64,000 nt of DNA, taken from NCBI GenBank assembly GCA_043228905.1, contig JBHGNT010000002.1, positions 11,222,001-11,286,000 of the forward strand. Reading direction: 5' to 3'. How positions within the stretch are numbered: the stretch's first letter is position 1; the number at the start of each line of letters is the position of its first letter. Source of the stretch: Azolla caroliniana (lineage: Eukaryota > Plantae > Polypodiophyta). Shown here in pieces: positions 63,201 to 64,000 of the stretch. The notes beneath the pieces were generated by a model that did not search any database, had not been told where the DNA came from, and was given only the letters and a program-made list of their open reading frames with translations. A program made the position numbers and the translations under genes.

Positions 63201-63440
63201 TTCTGGTGCAGTCTCATGCAGTCATCGTACAAGTCAGCTCGTACATGCTTCAGCTTGACCTTGCCTTTGACTCTAGGCACTGTATATACTGTCATCCAGT
63301 CTACATCACTGATCAATTTATCACTTAGGACAGTATGGTCAACACCCTCGAGTGACAGACCATAGGTGTTGTGGAAGTCCTCCTTTGTCTCGCAAAATTT
63401 TGCGAAGTTTAGCACTCTCGTATACGGAGGAACGAGCCAT
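60255..63440 (-). pseudogene. Spliced cargo gene with coiled-coil and RING-like zinc finger (exons ~63440-62759, 62676-62533, 62448-62115, 60790-60255)
   Basis: Three GT-AG introns (82, 84 and 1324 nt) join the exons in frame. (Y)IAC..PCNHTYHLLC..C..C is RING-H2-like. In-frame TGA/TAG stops are consistent with C>T changes. Confidence 0.68.
60805..62100. repeat. TAGCTAATTAGCTA palindrome satellite filling the long intron of the cargo gene
   Basis: Higher-order units such as TAGCTAATTAGCTA-CTTTACTCAACTATGGTAGTAGCTAGGA, inside intron 62114-60791. Confidence 0.95.
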
Positions 63441-63464
63441 CTGAAATATCATTTCAGAAATCAG

Positions 63465-63995
63465 AAATAGTGCAAAATCAGAATATGTGAGAATCAGAAA
63501 CCCCAATCAACAACAACAAACATGGTGCAAAATCTTTAACTTAGCAAATCAGAAACCCTAATCAAAATCTGTAATCAGAAGTTTGAAATCAGAAACCCTA
63601 ATCAAAATCTGTAATCAGAAGTTTGTAACCAGAAACCTTATTCAGAAATTCTAATCAGAAATTTATAATCAAAAACCCTAATCAGAAATTTCAATCAGAA
63701 ACCCTAATCAGAAATTTCAATCACAAACCCTAATCAGAAATCCTAAATAGAAATTTATAAACAAAAACCCTATTCAGAAATTCTAATCAGAAATTCTAAT
63801 CTGTAATCAAAATTTGTAACCAGAAACCCTATTTAGAAATTCTAATCAGAAATTTATAATAAAAAACCCTAATAAAAAATTTCAATCAGAAATTTCAATC
63901 ACAAACCCTAATCAGAAATTTATAAACAAAAACCCTAATCAGAAATTTATAAACAAAAACCCTAATTAGAAATTTCAATCAGAAACCCCAATCAT
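63465..63995. repeat. ~13-bp degenerate repeat AATCAGAAACCCT/AATCAGAAATTTC with telo-box motifs
   Basis: Repeated AAACCCTAAT alternating with AATCAGAAAT variants. Confidence 0.85.
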
Positions 63996-64000
63996 CACTA

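Larger units (their letters stand above)
52742..64000 (+). mobile_element. Large Sola2-like DDD DNA transposon with cargo genes (right end beyond window)
   Basis: Chromovirus homology stops abruptly at TGTA|GGGTGAAAG. Followed by a subterminal array, a transposase with Sola2-type motifs, and one palindromic repeat shared from the terminus to 62100. Confidence 0.75.

Noticed and set aside
63465-63995. Telomere or interstitial telomeric array
   Set aside because: AAACCCT occurs singly within ~13-bp units, not as tandem 7-mers.

Overview
Eukaryotic, plant-type DNA made almost entirely of transposable elements, with no ordinary host gene. The mix of fungal-like (Tcn1-type) chromoviruses, non-chromoviral Gypsy and a Sola transposase suggests a non-seed land plant (inference). 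Bases 1-52,741 are a multilayer nest of LTR retrotransposons. It holds three full-length Ty1/copia copies with CCGG-rich LTRs (6680-17399, 22980-28496, 44567-51572), a copia solo LTR with TSD, and two non-chromoviral Gypsy copies with a long accessory ORF after pol. It also holds one intact, very young chromovirus (11262-16927), a degraded relative of it (43239-52741) and several fragments. The intact chromovirus shows a Tf1-like self-priming signal, a -1 frameshift site with a pseudoknot, and a tRNA-like A/B-box cassette in its LTR. From 52,742 to the window end lies a large (>11 kb) Sola2-like DDD DNA transposon. It has an 83-bp subterminal array, an intron-containing transposase, and convergent cargo genes (RING-like and FCP1/NIF-phosphatase-like). 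Its two long introns are filled with the 14-bp palindrome TAGCTAATTAGCTA, which encodes stops in all six frames and recurs at the element end. This cargo-carrying Sola element is the best candidate for an undescribed system. All calls come from reading the sequence; no database searches were run.
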